From the human T2T-CHM13v2.0 reference genome, Homo sapiens, in the NCBI RefSeq assembly GCF_009914755.1, contig NC_060933.1: DNA of 64,000 nt. The stretch is one strand, 5' to 3'. The notes under the pieces are model-generated. The model had not been told where the DNA came from and made no database searches. It saw nothing but the letters and a program-made list of their open reading frames with translations. Shown in pieces: positions 1 to 12,681 of the stretch. Numbering within the stretch: the first letter of the stretch is position 1; each line of letters starts with the position of its first letter. The translations under genes and the position numbers were made by a program.

Positions 1-80
1 GATCCCGCCACTGCACTTCAGCCTGGGCGACCAAGCGAGAGAGACTCCGTCTCAAAAAAAAAAAAAAAAAAAAAAAAAAA
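1..80 (+). mobile_element. Alu 3' end (right arm and poly-A), truncated by the window edge
   Basis: GCCACTGCACTTCAGCCTGGGCGAC...GAGACTCCGTCTC followed by a long pure A tract. Confidence 0.95.
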
Positions 81-2772
81 GCTCTGTTAACTGGCTTAAC
101 GGAAAATAAGCCCTTACATAAATTAAGTATTCCTTAAACTCTTAGAAAGATAGAAACCAAACCAAAATGTTTTTCCAGTTCACATGACCTTAGATAAGTC
201 TTTTAATTATTACTCTAGTAAATAATATTCAGTTCATCAGTTTGAATAAAACAGATACGTCTTCAGAGTTCAATATTAAGTATAATGCAGACAACTTTTT
301 CTACTGAGGGTTACTGGTAAAATGCATGTACGTTATTTTTATATTACAAAATTTGTCAGCAAGAAAAATAACTTAAAATGATGGCTACCTGTTTAATGCC
401 TCATTTTTATAAGCAATCCAAGCACAATTGTTAAAAACAAATGAGCTGAATACATATAAAATTCTCATGTGAAAAATGTTCTTTCTATACCAGAAGATTT
501 TAACATTCTTATCCAGAATGCAACGTTGAGGCTGAGAGAAATCGGTACAAACAATTTAATTATTAAGCCTAGCAAAAAAAAATAAGACAATAGAGATAAA
601 CTATTGCCTTCCTTACAGCTTCTTATTACAGAGAGACTAAAGATAGGTGAGTCTATTAGTAAGCATGTCCTGTGGCACATTGAAAAGTGTACTATGATAA
701 AGAAGATGCTTCTAGAATTATGAAATGGTGGTGTTAAATTACACAATGTTGGTATACACCAGGCAGTTTACAATTGCTTGCTTCTTAGCTTTCACTGGAA
801 ATTAAGGTTATTAAGGGTTAATAATTGACATAAGTAACTAAAATTCATAGAAATAATATGGGAAACAACATTTTATGCAAGTTCACAAGGAAGGCAAAAT
901 GTGTTTTTGGTAAGGAAAACTATAAGTCATGAGGATGTGCTTTGTTTTGTTAAGGGAAAAAGTAATTTTTGTTAAAATAGAATGATTGGCTGTTGCACAA
1001 TAAGAAAAGAGAAAAATATAGGACAAAAATTGAAGGTATATAAGAAAATTATAGAAAGTTTATATGACAAATCTTGGGAAAGGAACTTTATGTGTGATCA
1101 AGCTGGCTAAGATTTGAAGGAAATTGTTTACATGTTTTTGAAATTGAGCATTACTATCAAAAGCAAACTGACATAAAACTAAAATTTGGTTCTCTCTGTT
1201 AAAACAATAAGGTTTTCCTGGACTTCTGGTCTGCTTTCAATAAGAAATTGTATAAGGTTTTCCTTTACCTTTTAAGTAATTGGCTTAGGGAACAAAAATT
1301 CTGCTTATGTTTTGTTTTTTAAGATTATATATTTATGAAGATAATTTCCTGTGCTTCACGTTGTCCTTATTAAGTCTTTGATTACTTAATAAAATCTAAG
1401 GTTTTTCCTACAACTATGTGGCTTTCTGTATTTGCTTTTGAAGTCTTTTAATTATCACTCTAATTAAATGAATAAGTATTGATTCACAGTGACCTGTGAT
1501 CCTATTTTAATCAAATGTTTTAAACTTTTTGACATTTTTGACAATTTCCATTTTTGACATTTTTGATAAATTATAAATTAAAACCTTTTGACTTTGAACT
1601 AACTTTGGAAGCTTTCATATGGGCCCCTGGAATCTCTCAAATAAATTTATTTTCTGCTCTTCTAAAAGCAGGGATTTTTAACCAATTAGGCTTATTTGAT
1701 AATATGTTAAAATGCATGGGAAATATTGTCAAATAAGTGATTCTGAACCTCCTTTAAGTCATACTGGATGTGTCATGAATACATGTTTCAGAAATTGTAT
1801 GAAACACCTAGAGATCTGATAGTCCTGGTATAATGCTATCAGTCATAATTCTAGTTATCTAAAAATATTGTATGTCACAGAAATAACAAAATTTCCTTGT
1901 CAGTTGCATTATAATGAGCTCTAGTCAGATCTTTAACTATGGCTGTTTTAACTCTTGTTATCCCCAAATAGTTAATTGTTTTACTCTGATACTTTCCTGA
2001 AAGCTATTTCTAGTATCTATAAACCCAAAGTGTTTTATCTTTGATAAGATTCATTGAAAGGCGTTTGATAACTGTAAAGATTTCTGATAACTTTAGGATC
2101 ATACCATTAGACTGTTCCCGGAAATCTGGGAATTCTTAACTGATTCATAAAACTGCTAACCTAACATCAAGCAGAATAAGAATTAATTGAATACCAAGAA
2201 AATGCCTTGATAGATTTTCCTTCTGTCAGAACATGCAATTTGAATGAATTTCATAAGGTTGATCCAAGTCAAAGCATCTATGATGATCTATTTAATAAAT
2301 AGTGCTATGCACCTGATTGTTGAAAAACAAAGTTGGTATCTGAAAGGATGTAAATTTCATGTTAAGAAAAGACCCAGAGAGGGCCCAGATAGCCACCTTA
2401 TCATTCTTGAGTCCTTAAAGCTTTCATTATAAAAAAAGTCTGTACTCTGCATAGAGTAGATAAAATCATACAAATTATGAGAAAAATCAGTATATTGACT
2501 GTTCTAAAATTTTTTAAATGATGTATAAACAATACTTAGTTTGCCAAACCCATAATCCTGGTAAAACAGTAAAACCTCAGGTGTTACATTTCCACTACCT
2601 GCTAAATCATTTGATACTTACAGATGGATTTCATTCCATTTTCAACCCTCAATGGGATATCAAAATGCTCTTGAAATAGCCTGTACATTCTCTGATTGGA
2701 TAGAAGTTTTCCCCTGCAAGAAGGTCTATGCTATTACTATAACTAAAAGATTATTGGAAAATGTGTTTCTTT

Positions 2773-3635
2773 ATGTACTGTACTCTTAAAAATCACTGAA
2801 AGTAGATTTTAAGCATTCTCATCACAAAAAAAGATAAGTACAGTAGTCTCCATTTATTCATGAAAGATACATTCCAAGACCCCCAGTGGATGTCCAGAAT
2901 TAGAAATAATATCAAACCCTATATACACTATGTTTTTTCCTATGCATATATATCTATGGTAAAGTTTGATTTAAAAATTAGGCACAGCAAGAGGTTAACA
3001 ACAATAACTAACAATAAAATAGAACAATTATGACAACATACTTTAATAAAAGTTATATAAATATGGTAGCTTTTTCTCTATCTCAAAATATCTTACTATA
3101 TTGTACTCTTCCTTCTTCATCTTATGATTATATGAGATGATAATATGCCTGTGTGATGAGATGAAGTGAGGTGAATGACCTAGGCATTGTAACACAAATG
3201 GAAAATTTCAGAAATAAACAATTCATAAGTTTTAAATTGCATGCCATTCTGAGTAGCATGATGAAATATTGTACCACTGCACTTCATCCTGCCCAATTGC
3301 CATTAGTCACTTAGTAGCTGTATTGGCTACCAAGATCAACAGTAACAGTAACAAAGCACTTGTGTTAAAGTAGCCCTTGTTTTACTTCACAAGAGCCCAA
3401 AGTGCAAAATTAGTTATGAAATATCTTTGGGTCATGATTGACCACAGATAACTGAAACCACAGAAAGGGAAACTGTGGGTAATAAGGGATTACTATATGT
3501 GAGGCAATGCATACGTTAATTAGCTCTATTAAGTCATTCCATGATCTATACATTTTTCAAAACATGTTATACACAGCATCTGTACAACTTTTATTTGTTA
3601 ATTAGAAATAAATTGATTAATTAATTAGGGGAAAA
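2773..3635 (+). mobile_element. L1MA-type 3' end fragment inserted in ERV pol, itself split by MER44
   Basis: The L1M 3' UTR reads continuously across the MER44 (...AAAGATAAGTA | TGTGAGGCAATGCATACGTTAATTAGC...). Degenerate flanking repeat GAAAATGTGTTT / GAAAATATGTTT (~2757 and ~3638). Confidence 0.75.
2841..3495 (-). mobile_element. MER44 (TcMar-Tigger7-derived) DNA transposon
   Basis: Termini CAGTAGTCTCC... and ...GGGATTACTA resemble the MER44 TIRs, with TA on both sides (2839-2840, 3496-3497). Diagnostic TTCCAAGACCCCCAGTGGATG and AAATTAGGCACAG. Confidence 0.85.
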
Positions 3636-5061
3636 AGAAAATATGTTTTTGGCAACCGGAGGCATTCTGGAGAAATCTTCCGCAATAGAAGTACTAATTT
3701 CACTGAAAAAGTTATAAAACAGTTAAATGAGTTATTACAAACATTACCATTATCCCTATCATATTCAGTCTTCTGGGAAAGTTGAAAGGACAAGTGGCAT
3801 TTAAAAATTGAAATTGGCAAAGTTAACTGAATCAACTAGATAGTTTTACTAAAGACATTATCATTGGCCTTGATGGAAATCATATCCATCCCTACTGGAA
3901 AACACAAATTAACCCCTTATGAAATAGTTACTGGGAGATCTATGTACCTAATATTAAAACCTTCTGTATCTCCTGCTCTTATAAACTCTGACATGATTCA
4001 GTGTTGCAAGGCTTTAATGTATTATGCCAATGTATATTTTCATCAGTTAAAAGGAGCCTTCTGTGACCCACAAATGATAACCAGATATTTAACAAACTAA
4101 GACTTAAAGACTGCGTCTTTTGGGAATGACACCAGAGAAAGACTGCCTTTTCACCCTGTTGGAAGTGATCATACTGTATTCTCACCACCCACACATCAGC
4201 AAAACGTCAAAGCCTCAAGCCTGGGGTCCATATCTCTCAACTCAAGAGGGCCCCTCCAGACTCAGGAGTGTACTCCTGTTGGAGACCTCAACTTATCAGA
4301 GAGCTTCCTCCCAGAAGCAAGTGACATCCCACATGTGGACAGCTTTCCCTGGATCACAGATCAAGACTTCTTTCCTCTGTCATCATGAAATGTTTACTCT
4401 TTTTCTTCTTTTTCCTGCACCACTATTCTGTTTATGCATGGGAAGATAATGCTATGGTTATAATTTCACAATTGATAGCTTCCATAGGAAATTTAACTGA
4501 ATGATGAATATGTCATATTAAACCTAAATCCCTACATGGTCTTAGAGATCCTCTAGTTTATCCTATAACAAATTTCATTCATATTCCAAGTGCAACTACT
4601 GTTCAAATTGCACATCTGATTCTTTCCATAGTGTTAGGCTTTTAGATTCATATATTCACAGTGTTTGTTTAAATCTGACAGCAGGCAAAAACTGTAGTGA
4701 GGGTTTTGCAGGTTTTTTTTGCCAGAAGCCACATAAGAAAATTAAAGGGAAAGATAATTCAACAATTTCTACACAAATTCCTAACCCTAATTTTCATTAT
4801 CCTCCTGATAGTCATCATAGCAGTCTCCCTGGTACACTGTATCACGAGTCTTAAATGCTTGTATGCAGCCATCCACTATGCATCAAATGGTCTCAATCTG
4901 GTTAGAATAACAAAAACACAAGGAAAACATAAAGCATCAATCAATTGACCTGACACCCTGACTTGTGAATTCCATACTAAGACCAAACAAGTCCATGAGG
5001 ATGGTAACAGAGAGTGGTGTCAATGTTGAAGGTTTTGAGAGGCTGACCAAAAGGGGGAAAT

Positions 5062-5445
5062 TATTAAAGCAAAATTGGCAGGAGTCCATTAGCCTGAGGC
5101 TATCTTCATACTTTGAATTTCTATAGCAAACTACAATAAAACATAGTATGTAAACAAACTGAAGCCTAACTTAGCAGTAACAAACAGCCAGGTTTCAGCC
5201 AATCACAGACAGACAACTGAACAGCTTCTGCCAATCACAGTCAGTCAACTGACCAAACTGTAATCAAATAAGGCAAATGCCTAGTTGTAGCCAATCAGAT
5301 GATTTATCTCCTTTGTTTCTGTGCTTGGCCTAAAAAAGTTCACTGCTCATGCTGCTGGGCAAAGCTCTCTGAACTACTTGTTCTGATTACTGCCCTGTTC
5401 ATGAATTGTTCTCTGTTAAATGTATCTAAAGTATTTATTTTAATA
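5062..5445 (+). mobile_element. 3' LTR of the ERV1 (MER57 family, MER57F-like)
   Basis: Follows the PPT, with decayed TG..CA ends (TATTAAA...TTTTAATA), three CCAATC boxes and the CAAATAAGGCAAATGCC motif typical of MER57 LTRs. Confidence 0.8.
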
Positions 5446-5525
5446 CCTATATGAATGCATATATATATCCACCAACAGACATATGCAAGAATTTTATAGC
5501 TGTATAATTTATAAATGTCCAAATA

Positions 5526-5850
5526 TTTTCTTAATCCAGTCTATCATTGTTGGACATTTGGGTTGGTTCCAAGTCTTTGCTATTGTGAATAGTGCCACAA
5601 TAAACATACGTGTGCATGTGTCTTTATAGCAGCATGATTTATAATCCTTTGGGTATATACCAAGTAATGGGATGGCTGGGTCAAATGGTATTTCTGGTTC
5701 TAGGGGAGTGGAAGGATGGCATTAGGAGATATATCTAATGTAAATGATGAGTTAATGGGTGCAGTACACCAACATGGCACATGTATACATACGTAACAAA
5801 CCTGCACGTTGTGCACATGTACCCTAGAACTTAAGTATAATAAAAAAAAT
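5526..5850. mobile_element. 5'-inverted (twin-primed) L1PA fragment inside an older L1M
   Basis: 5526-5703 is antisense L1PA ORF2-end sequence and 5704-5850 is the sense 3' terminus plus A-tail. Degenerate TSD ATAAATGTCCAAATA / ATAAAAAGCCCAAATA. Confidence 0.85.
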
Positions 5851-7009
5851 ATAAAAAGCCCAAATAGGAAATAATGCTAATGTCTATCAACAGCAGAATT
5901 GTCAAATAAATTGTGTAATATTCATTTAATGGAATAACATAAAGCAAATAAAATGAACAAACGAGTTAACACCACAACACAGCCAGTGTTGTGGTGAACA
6001 GTTAAACAATAAGGCTACTGTGAAGATTAATGAGATTATTGCTATAAATGGCCTGTTGCTTGGACTCTTCAAAGTTCCTCTACTTACCAACTGCACTTAA
6101 CTACACAAGTATGTCTTGGTAACATTTATTTCACTTCTTTAGTGGAAGGATCCTTTCTGATGCTCAGCCTGTAACATTACTTTGCATCTACCTGATGGCC
6201 TTCTGAGCTGCTGGCCTTAAGAAAAGGTGGTATCAAGAAGGAGCAAAGGACAGCATGAGCACTGACTATGGGGAAGTTCTGAGTGAGGTTCTGCTGAGTT
6301 ATTAATGGCTGTGGTCCAAGAGTAAAAGGAAGAGAAATTTTATTGTGATCTATAGATTTATCAGCAAGAGAAAAATTCTCCCTACTGAGCAGCCAAAGAA
6401 CATAGGATACAGAGTGTGGGTGACAGAGCTGCAGCCCACACTGCAACACAGTTCAGAACCCTGAATAGGGAACATACTGTGCACACATGACAAACTTTCC
6501 TATCCTATGGTCTTGGAAAGGAAAGCACAGACAAGCTCTGAGAAATGGACAAATGGCTGGGAAATCATGAGAGAACTTTCACACTCAGAAAGTTTGTATG
6601 GCATATAAACAGCCTCTTTAAATGTGATCCAGACTATGAGTGACAACTCTAAATGTTCTTTGATCCACATCTGTGGATGTAAGATCTGTGTACAAGTAAC
6701 CTCAAATACTAGTCAACCTGTAAAAAACAAACAACAACAACAACAAAATCAAGAGTTCAGTAGTGGAGGCTTTTACACTTTGGAGTCAGAGTTACACATG
6801 CTGTAATCTCAGGATTTTGTCAGCTGCTAGCTGTAAGGTGTCTAAATTAATCTTTCTGAGGTCAACTTTTATCATGTCTGAAGGTGGTGTAACAATATCT
6901 ACCAAACAACAGAAGTATTATAAAAATAAATAATATATGTAAAGTACATATCACACTGGTTAGTGAAAAAATAACTACTGAATAATGGCTGTCATTATTC
7001 AGTAGTTAT

Positions 7010-7089
7010 TTTTATATATACTAGTTATATATATAACTAGTATATATATATACTAAATAAATATATACATATATACACACAGTAGTTAT

Positions 7090-7120
<31 letters not shown>
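7010..7120. repeat. (TA)n/(CA)n microsatellite cluster containing a 36-bp perfect palindrome
   Basis: Seen directly; palindrome at 7013-7048. Confidence 0.95.
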
Positions 7121-8727
7121 TTCATGCTTTCAAGTAGCTCAAAGCCTCATGATGGAAGTTAGTATTAAATCATATGAGAAATATATGCAGAGGTTTAGAT
7201 TTGTCATCAAACCAAATCTAGGGACTGACTATCTAGGAAAAAATTGTTCTCCTGAAGAGAATGGACATTTATGGTTCCATATACGCTATATGCTAGATGA
7301 CAATGCATGCTATATAATATTATAATGCTTTCTAACTGGGTTACGCCAATCCACAATTCCCCCATCAATGTGTAAGTATCACAAGTTTCACAAAAACCAT
7401 GCTTACATAAGGTGCTATTTTGTTGTTGTTTGGACTAACTTCTAGACTTTTAGGATACGTTAATTTCTAGAACTTCATGAAATGTTTAACTGTTCTTCAT
7501 GATTTTTAGGAGACAGTTAACTAACAAGCATTATAGAGCTGTTCAACTGAGCAAATTGGTTTTCACCACTACCATAGGTTGATGAGGCCCATCAAACAAA
7601 GAGTGTGAGAAAGCATAAAAGAGACTTGTTGTGCTCTAAAATGATACATCCTTAATCCGGAAGCTCATGCAGTTCTGAAGCTCTTTCACAAAGCATTTGC
7701 AATTATCCATCAAATGTGCTTCCCAAGAGCATTTTGAAAACTCAAAATTGGGGGTTATTTTCGCACATCCCAGTGTTTACAGGCTTTCACTGGTTTTTAA
7801 ATTAATGGAAAAAGTATGACAAAACAAACACAATTTTTTTCTTACAAGAACCTGTTTGAATGCCCATTGTGCTTTTTGACAGTAAACACCAGGTAGGAAA
7901 TTCAAGGGTTTTTTTGAAGTCAGTGTGCACAATTTCCTATTTACTCTTAAAGAGTAATTTGTTAAGAAGTTTCTTTATTTGCAGGAATGTCTCATCATCT
8001 CAAAAGCAAAATAATCATTAATAGTGACAATTATATATGACAAAAAGGATTAGGTCTTATTAGAGAAGAAAGCCAAATTTAAGTAGCTTGTGATAAATTA
8101 TTTTGCAAAGTAATGCTGAATATGTATTGAAATATGTGTATGTTTGTGCATACCTGTGTATGTATATGTTTATGTATGAGTGTGGGTACATATATATATT
8201 ATATATATGTCATTGTTACTGTCTACTGTCATTGCTGACTACAACACCTGTGATTATGGTTTTGATATCACAGACATATATAATCATACTGTGACAGTAT
8301 TTGTCATTCCTTCTATTATGTGGAAGGGTGGTAACAAGGACCCACTATGTAGCTAATAACGTCCAAGAATCTTGAGAAACCCACTACAACACTGAATTGC
8401 TCTCTCATTTTCTGTTTTAAAAAAAAGGAGAAAGAAGAAATCATATGTGAAGTATATCATTGTGCCCTCTACAATTTGTGTGAAACAGTTCAAGACAGTT
8501 GTCACCTGAATTAGGTGTGGCCTTCTCTACCACTTTGGAAATAAGACTATTTATTGTACTGTTATTTCTCTTCTATGGTAACTTGCCTATCATTCTTGAG
8601 AGTGCAGCACTGAGAATAAGTCTCATTTTTAAAATAACCCACATGACTTGTACTATAAGGATGTTGTTGAGGATGCTGTTTGCTACATCAAACAGATCTT
8701 CCTGATGAAGACAGGTTAGAAAAATGT

Positions 8728-9106
8728 TGCATTAGTTCATTTTTCATGCTGCTCTGAAGAAATACCCATGATTGGGTAATTTATAAAGGAAAGAGGTTTA
8801 ATTGACTCACAGTTTTGCAGGACTGGGGAGGCCTCAGGAAACTTACAATCATGGTGGAAGAGGAAGCAACTACGTCCTTCTTCACATGGCAACAGGAAGG
8901 AGAAGTGTCAAGCAAAGCGAGAAAAAAACCCTTATAAAGCCATCAGATCTCGTGAGAACTCACTCACTATCATGAGAACAGCAGCATGGCTGTAGCCACC
9001 CCCATGATTCAGTTACCTCCCACTGAGTCCCTCCTACAATATGTGGGGATTATGGGAACTATAATTCAAGATAAGATTTAGGTGAGGATACAGCCAAACC
9101 GTATCA
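8728..9106 (-). mobile_element. THE1 solo LTR (THE1C-like, ERVL-MaLR)
   Basis: TG...CA ends, GGGTAATTTATAAAGGAAAGAGGTTTAATTGACTCACAG motif, and a perfect 5-bp TSD AATGT (8723-8727, 9107-9111). Confidence 0.93.
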
Positions 9107-9659
9107 AATGTCTTTCAAGCCCTATGTCAGGAATAATTGAGCTTCTCATCAGTAACTTACCTATTTTCATCTCATGAACATTGGGCCTACTGTAAATGAA
9201 TGACTGTACTTCTTTTGCCTTGGCTTACCATAAACTTTGTGAACAACCTCTGGCAAATAATACTAGACCACACTACATAGTGGCTATGAACCAATCTTGT
9301 ATATGAATTCACTTTACCTTTTCCTTTCTTTACACTTATTTCATTTTTGAAATTGCATTATAAAAATTTTAAGCCCCTTAAATTATTTCTGGCAATGCAA
9401 AATAGGCATCAATATATTTTCTTGGTGTATTTATACTAATCAATCATCTGCCTTTCCCAAAGAACTGTGAGAGATACCAACATGAATCAAATATGGTTTC
9501 TGCTCCAGTTTGGGAAAAGACCTACACATAAATAAGTATAATAGAACAGAAGTAGGTAAAGGTACAGAAAAAAATATATGGAAATTGAGGAAAGAGAGAC
9601 ATGAATTGCCCTTAGTGGAAAAAAAGGATAAGGGACATGTGGTGAAGTAAAATGAGCAA

Positions 9660-9830
9660 TGCTGTTGCTTACTAGCTGTGTGATCTTGAACAAATCACTC
9701 ACCTTCTTTGTGCCTCAATGTCCTCATCTGCAAAATGGGAATAGTAATATCTTGCTATATAATTAAATGAGATAATGTACTTAGCACAGAATCTAGCACA
9801 AAGTAAATGCTTAATATATTTTAGCTGATA
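9660..9830 (+). mobile_element. MIR
   Basis: CTTACTAGCTGTGTGATCTTGAACAAATCACT...TGTGCCTCAATGTCCTCATCTGCAAAATGGG core. Confidence 0.85.
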
Positions 9831-9849
9831 TAGATAAATTTTAGGTACT

Positions 9850-10800
9850 ATGACAGAGATTATATCAGAGCTGAATTTTTATGGAAAAGTATAATTTGAA
9901 TATTTTGATATGGGAAGAAAAAATATCCAGTACTACAAAAATATACAAAGAGAAAAGGAACAGAGACAGGAAATCATTGTACATGCACAAGAAAGAGTAT
10001 GTAGAAGAGTTTGACTAGATCTATAGCACTCAAAGAAAATCAGTCAGACATAGGCTTAGAATGGTAGGTCTTCATAAAAAAGCTTAAACAGAGATAATGA
10101 ATTTGGGATTTATTCAGGAGCCATGGGAAGCATTTTGAAGTTTTAAATGAGTACATATTGCAGTCAAATTAATTGGAGGACAAATTAATTAAAATGTGAA
10201 TACAAATAATTACCAGTGAAATGATTAGTCCAGTGGCCCTAGTAAAAGGTATTGATATCTGAATTAGTGTATTTGCGGAAAGAATAGAAAGGAAAGAACA
10301 GCTGCAAGATAGTCATGGTCTACAGATGCTTCAGAATCTGGCAACCTTTTGGTTTTGGTGTAAAAAAAAGAGGAGAGAAATCAAAGTCTATGGTTTTAAT
10401 TGTAGCTAATAATAGATATTCAATTTCATCAAGAGACGGGAAGCTAAGGAAGAAGAGGAGTGATGAAGGTAAGTTGATCAATTCACAATAGGATGGTTGG
10501 CATTTGTGACGGTGATGGGCTACAAGAGCTAAGGTGCCAACGAAGTTGGAAATGAAAGCACTCAGATGAGGAACAGAAGTGGAGGTAAAGAATTGGGAGT
10601 CACCTTCATTGCTGAGCTGTCAAATTAGATGAGCTTTATCAGACAGAAAATAAGGGAGAAGATAAAAGAGGTAAGGATCGGCCTTTGAAAAGCATTATAT
10701 TTAGGACTGAGAGGAAGAAGAGCACCAAAAAGGAGTAATTGATGAAGCAGGAATAAAATCAAGGAAATTTGGTGCAACCCCAAAATCATAGAGTTCCATT
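9850..10800 (-). mobile_element. Degenerate L2 fragment
   Basis: Purine-rich L2-like motifs such as GGAGCCATGGGAAGCATTTTGAAG and GAATTGGGAGTCACC; boundaries approximate. Confidence 0.55.
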
Positions 10801-11645
10801 CAAATGATGCAGTTTTCCTTCATCTTTTGCAATTTTTTTAAAATTAGAGCTTTATGTAATTGGAGTAAACACTTCCCCCAAGATAATGCCATTTAAATTT
10901 TTTTCTAAACATAAGAATTATATCCTGAGGTAGCTTAAATCTGGAAAATTCAACAGAAGGAATTTGACTCCATAAAGTATGCTTCAGTCTCGATAGTCAT
11001 AAATATTACTCCAATTATGAATTAAAATTTTTCAAAAGAAACTAAATTAAATCACAGTATATTTAGTGTAACTTTTGAAAAATGCAGCACTTCTGTGTAA
11101 TATGATACTATTGTTTCTCCACTAATTCATTTTCTATATCATTTGGGACAGATAAGTACACTTTCCTTGCAATCTGACTATTTTGCTTCTGTTTGTACAT
11201 GTTGCCTTCAGATTTTCTTCACTTCTAAAACTCTATTATCATTTGGCATTAGGGGAATCATTTTTATTAATATTTTTCCCTTAACAGTCTATTTTTTCAT
11301 GCTTAATTTCTAACATACATTTTTAAAAACTTAAAAAGGACCATTGGTAGTAATTGATTGGTTATTACAGTGACCTGAAATCTTCAAAATCCATGAGCAA
11401 ATGAGAACCAATAGGCTTATATGAATATTAAAAGATTTTTCTATTTACCTCTCCCAACCAAGTCCCTCACAGTGATTTTTTGTCACTTTTTGTGACACAC
11501 TTGGGCTCTCTTGTTCTTTCCTTCTACTCTCCTCCATTGCCTATAACTCTGCTTTTGAGTCACACGCTTCTACTGCCCTGTGTTGATGCCTTCAATTAAA
11601 GCAAGGCTTTCTGGTGCATGAACTTTAAGTTATCAAAAACAGAAA

Positions 11646-12210
11646 TGTAGTAGGGCTCTCCACAAAGACAAAACCAATAGAATATATATATAAGTAGATA
11701 AGAGAGGATTAATTAGGAAAATTGGCTCACACAATTATGGAGACTGAGAAATCCCTCAATAAGATGTCTGCAAGTTGGAGAACCAGTGACTCTGGAGTGT
11801 GGCTCAGTTCAAGCCCAAAGGCCTCAGAACCAGTGAAGCTGATGGTGTAACTCTTTGCCCCAGGCCAAAGGATGAGAATCCAGAGGTGTGGGAGGTGGGT
11901 AGTGGTGAAAGTCCTAGAATCCAAAGGCTAGAGAACCTAGAGTTCTGATGCCCAAGGGCAGGAGAAGGATGTCCCAGCTCCAGGAGAGAGAGAGAAAATT
12001 CACCTTTCATCTGCCTTTTTGTTCTATCTGGCTCCAGCAATTGAATGATGCTCACTCACATTGAGGGTGATCTTACCCACTCCACCCACCAAATCACATG
12101 CCAGTCTCCTTCAAAAATACCCTCACAGACACACCCAGAAATAATGGTTTACCAGCTGTCTAGGTATTCCATAATCCAGTTAAATTGACACTAAAAAATT
12201 AGCCATCACA
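11646..12210 (-). mobile_element. MLT2B-type ERVL solo LTR
   Basis: TTGGCTCACACAATTATGGAGACTGAGAA...CCCTCACAGACACACCCAGAAATAATG...AGCCATCACA. Confidence 0.88.
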
Positions 12211-12681
12211 AATGGTATGTTCCTTTCGATCATGCATGCACCAAAATCAAATTATATTCCACAGAAATAGTGAGAATGCCTATGCAGCTCCCACACTGTC
12301 TATCAAACAGGGCTGGAGAATAGATAATGTTTTCCCCATCTCTCTCCTAAGGTGTCCATTTCAAAATGCCCTCCATATAGTCTCTCTTTATTCTAATGCA
12401 AATTAAATCATTTAAATGCGTGCCTATGATAACGCACATTTCAGCTATTTATTAGATTCATTAGACCGTGATTTCCAGTTCAGACCAAGCTAGTCATCTT
12501 AATATGGAGAGAGATATAAACAAACATAGTTACATAAAAATGATAATATAGATATAGATGATACAGATATAGATCTAGAGATAGTTACATATCAATAATC
12601 ATTTTTATTTTGATACCAATTACCTATATCTTAATGTAAGATCCTATATACACAATAAAAGTATCGATTTAGCTTCAACGT

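Larger units (their letters stand above)
81..5061 (+). mobile_element. Decayed ERV1 (MER4-group, MER57-like) internal region with pol/integrase and env remnants
   Basis: Integrase remnants: zinc-finger-like LVCQTHNPGK (~2535-2565), LQMDFI (~2618) and YHYPYHIQSSGKVERTSGI*KLKLAKL (~3746-3826). Env remnants lie at ~4385-4850. A polypurine tract AAAAGGGGGAAA (5049-5060) abuts the LTR. Multiple stops and frameshifts. Confidence 0.85.

Noticed and set aside
1525-1572. Short tandem duplications (TTTTTGACATTTTTGA twice; also AATGTTATCTTAAG twice at ~28327-28358 and TGAACTTGAGA twice at ~39681-39703)
   Set aside because: Ordinary slippage duplications with no sign of function.
3864-4948. ORFs of 78, 109 and 83 aa
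   Set aside because: Fragments of decayed ERV integrase/env with stops and frameshifts; no intact retroviral protein.
6000-6500. Possible old LTR or DNA-transposon relic
   Set aside because: Too degenerate to assign without a profile search.
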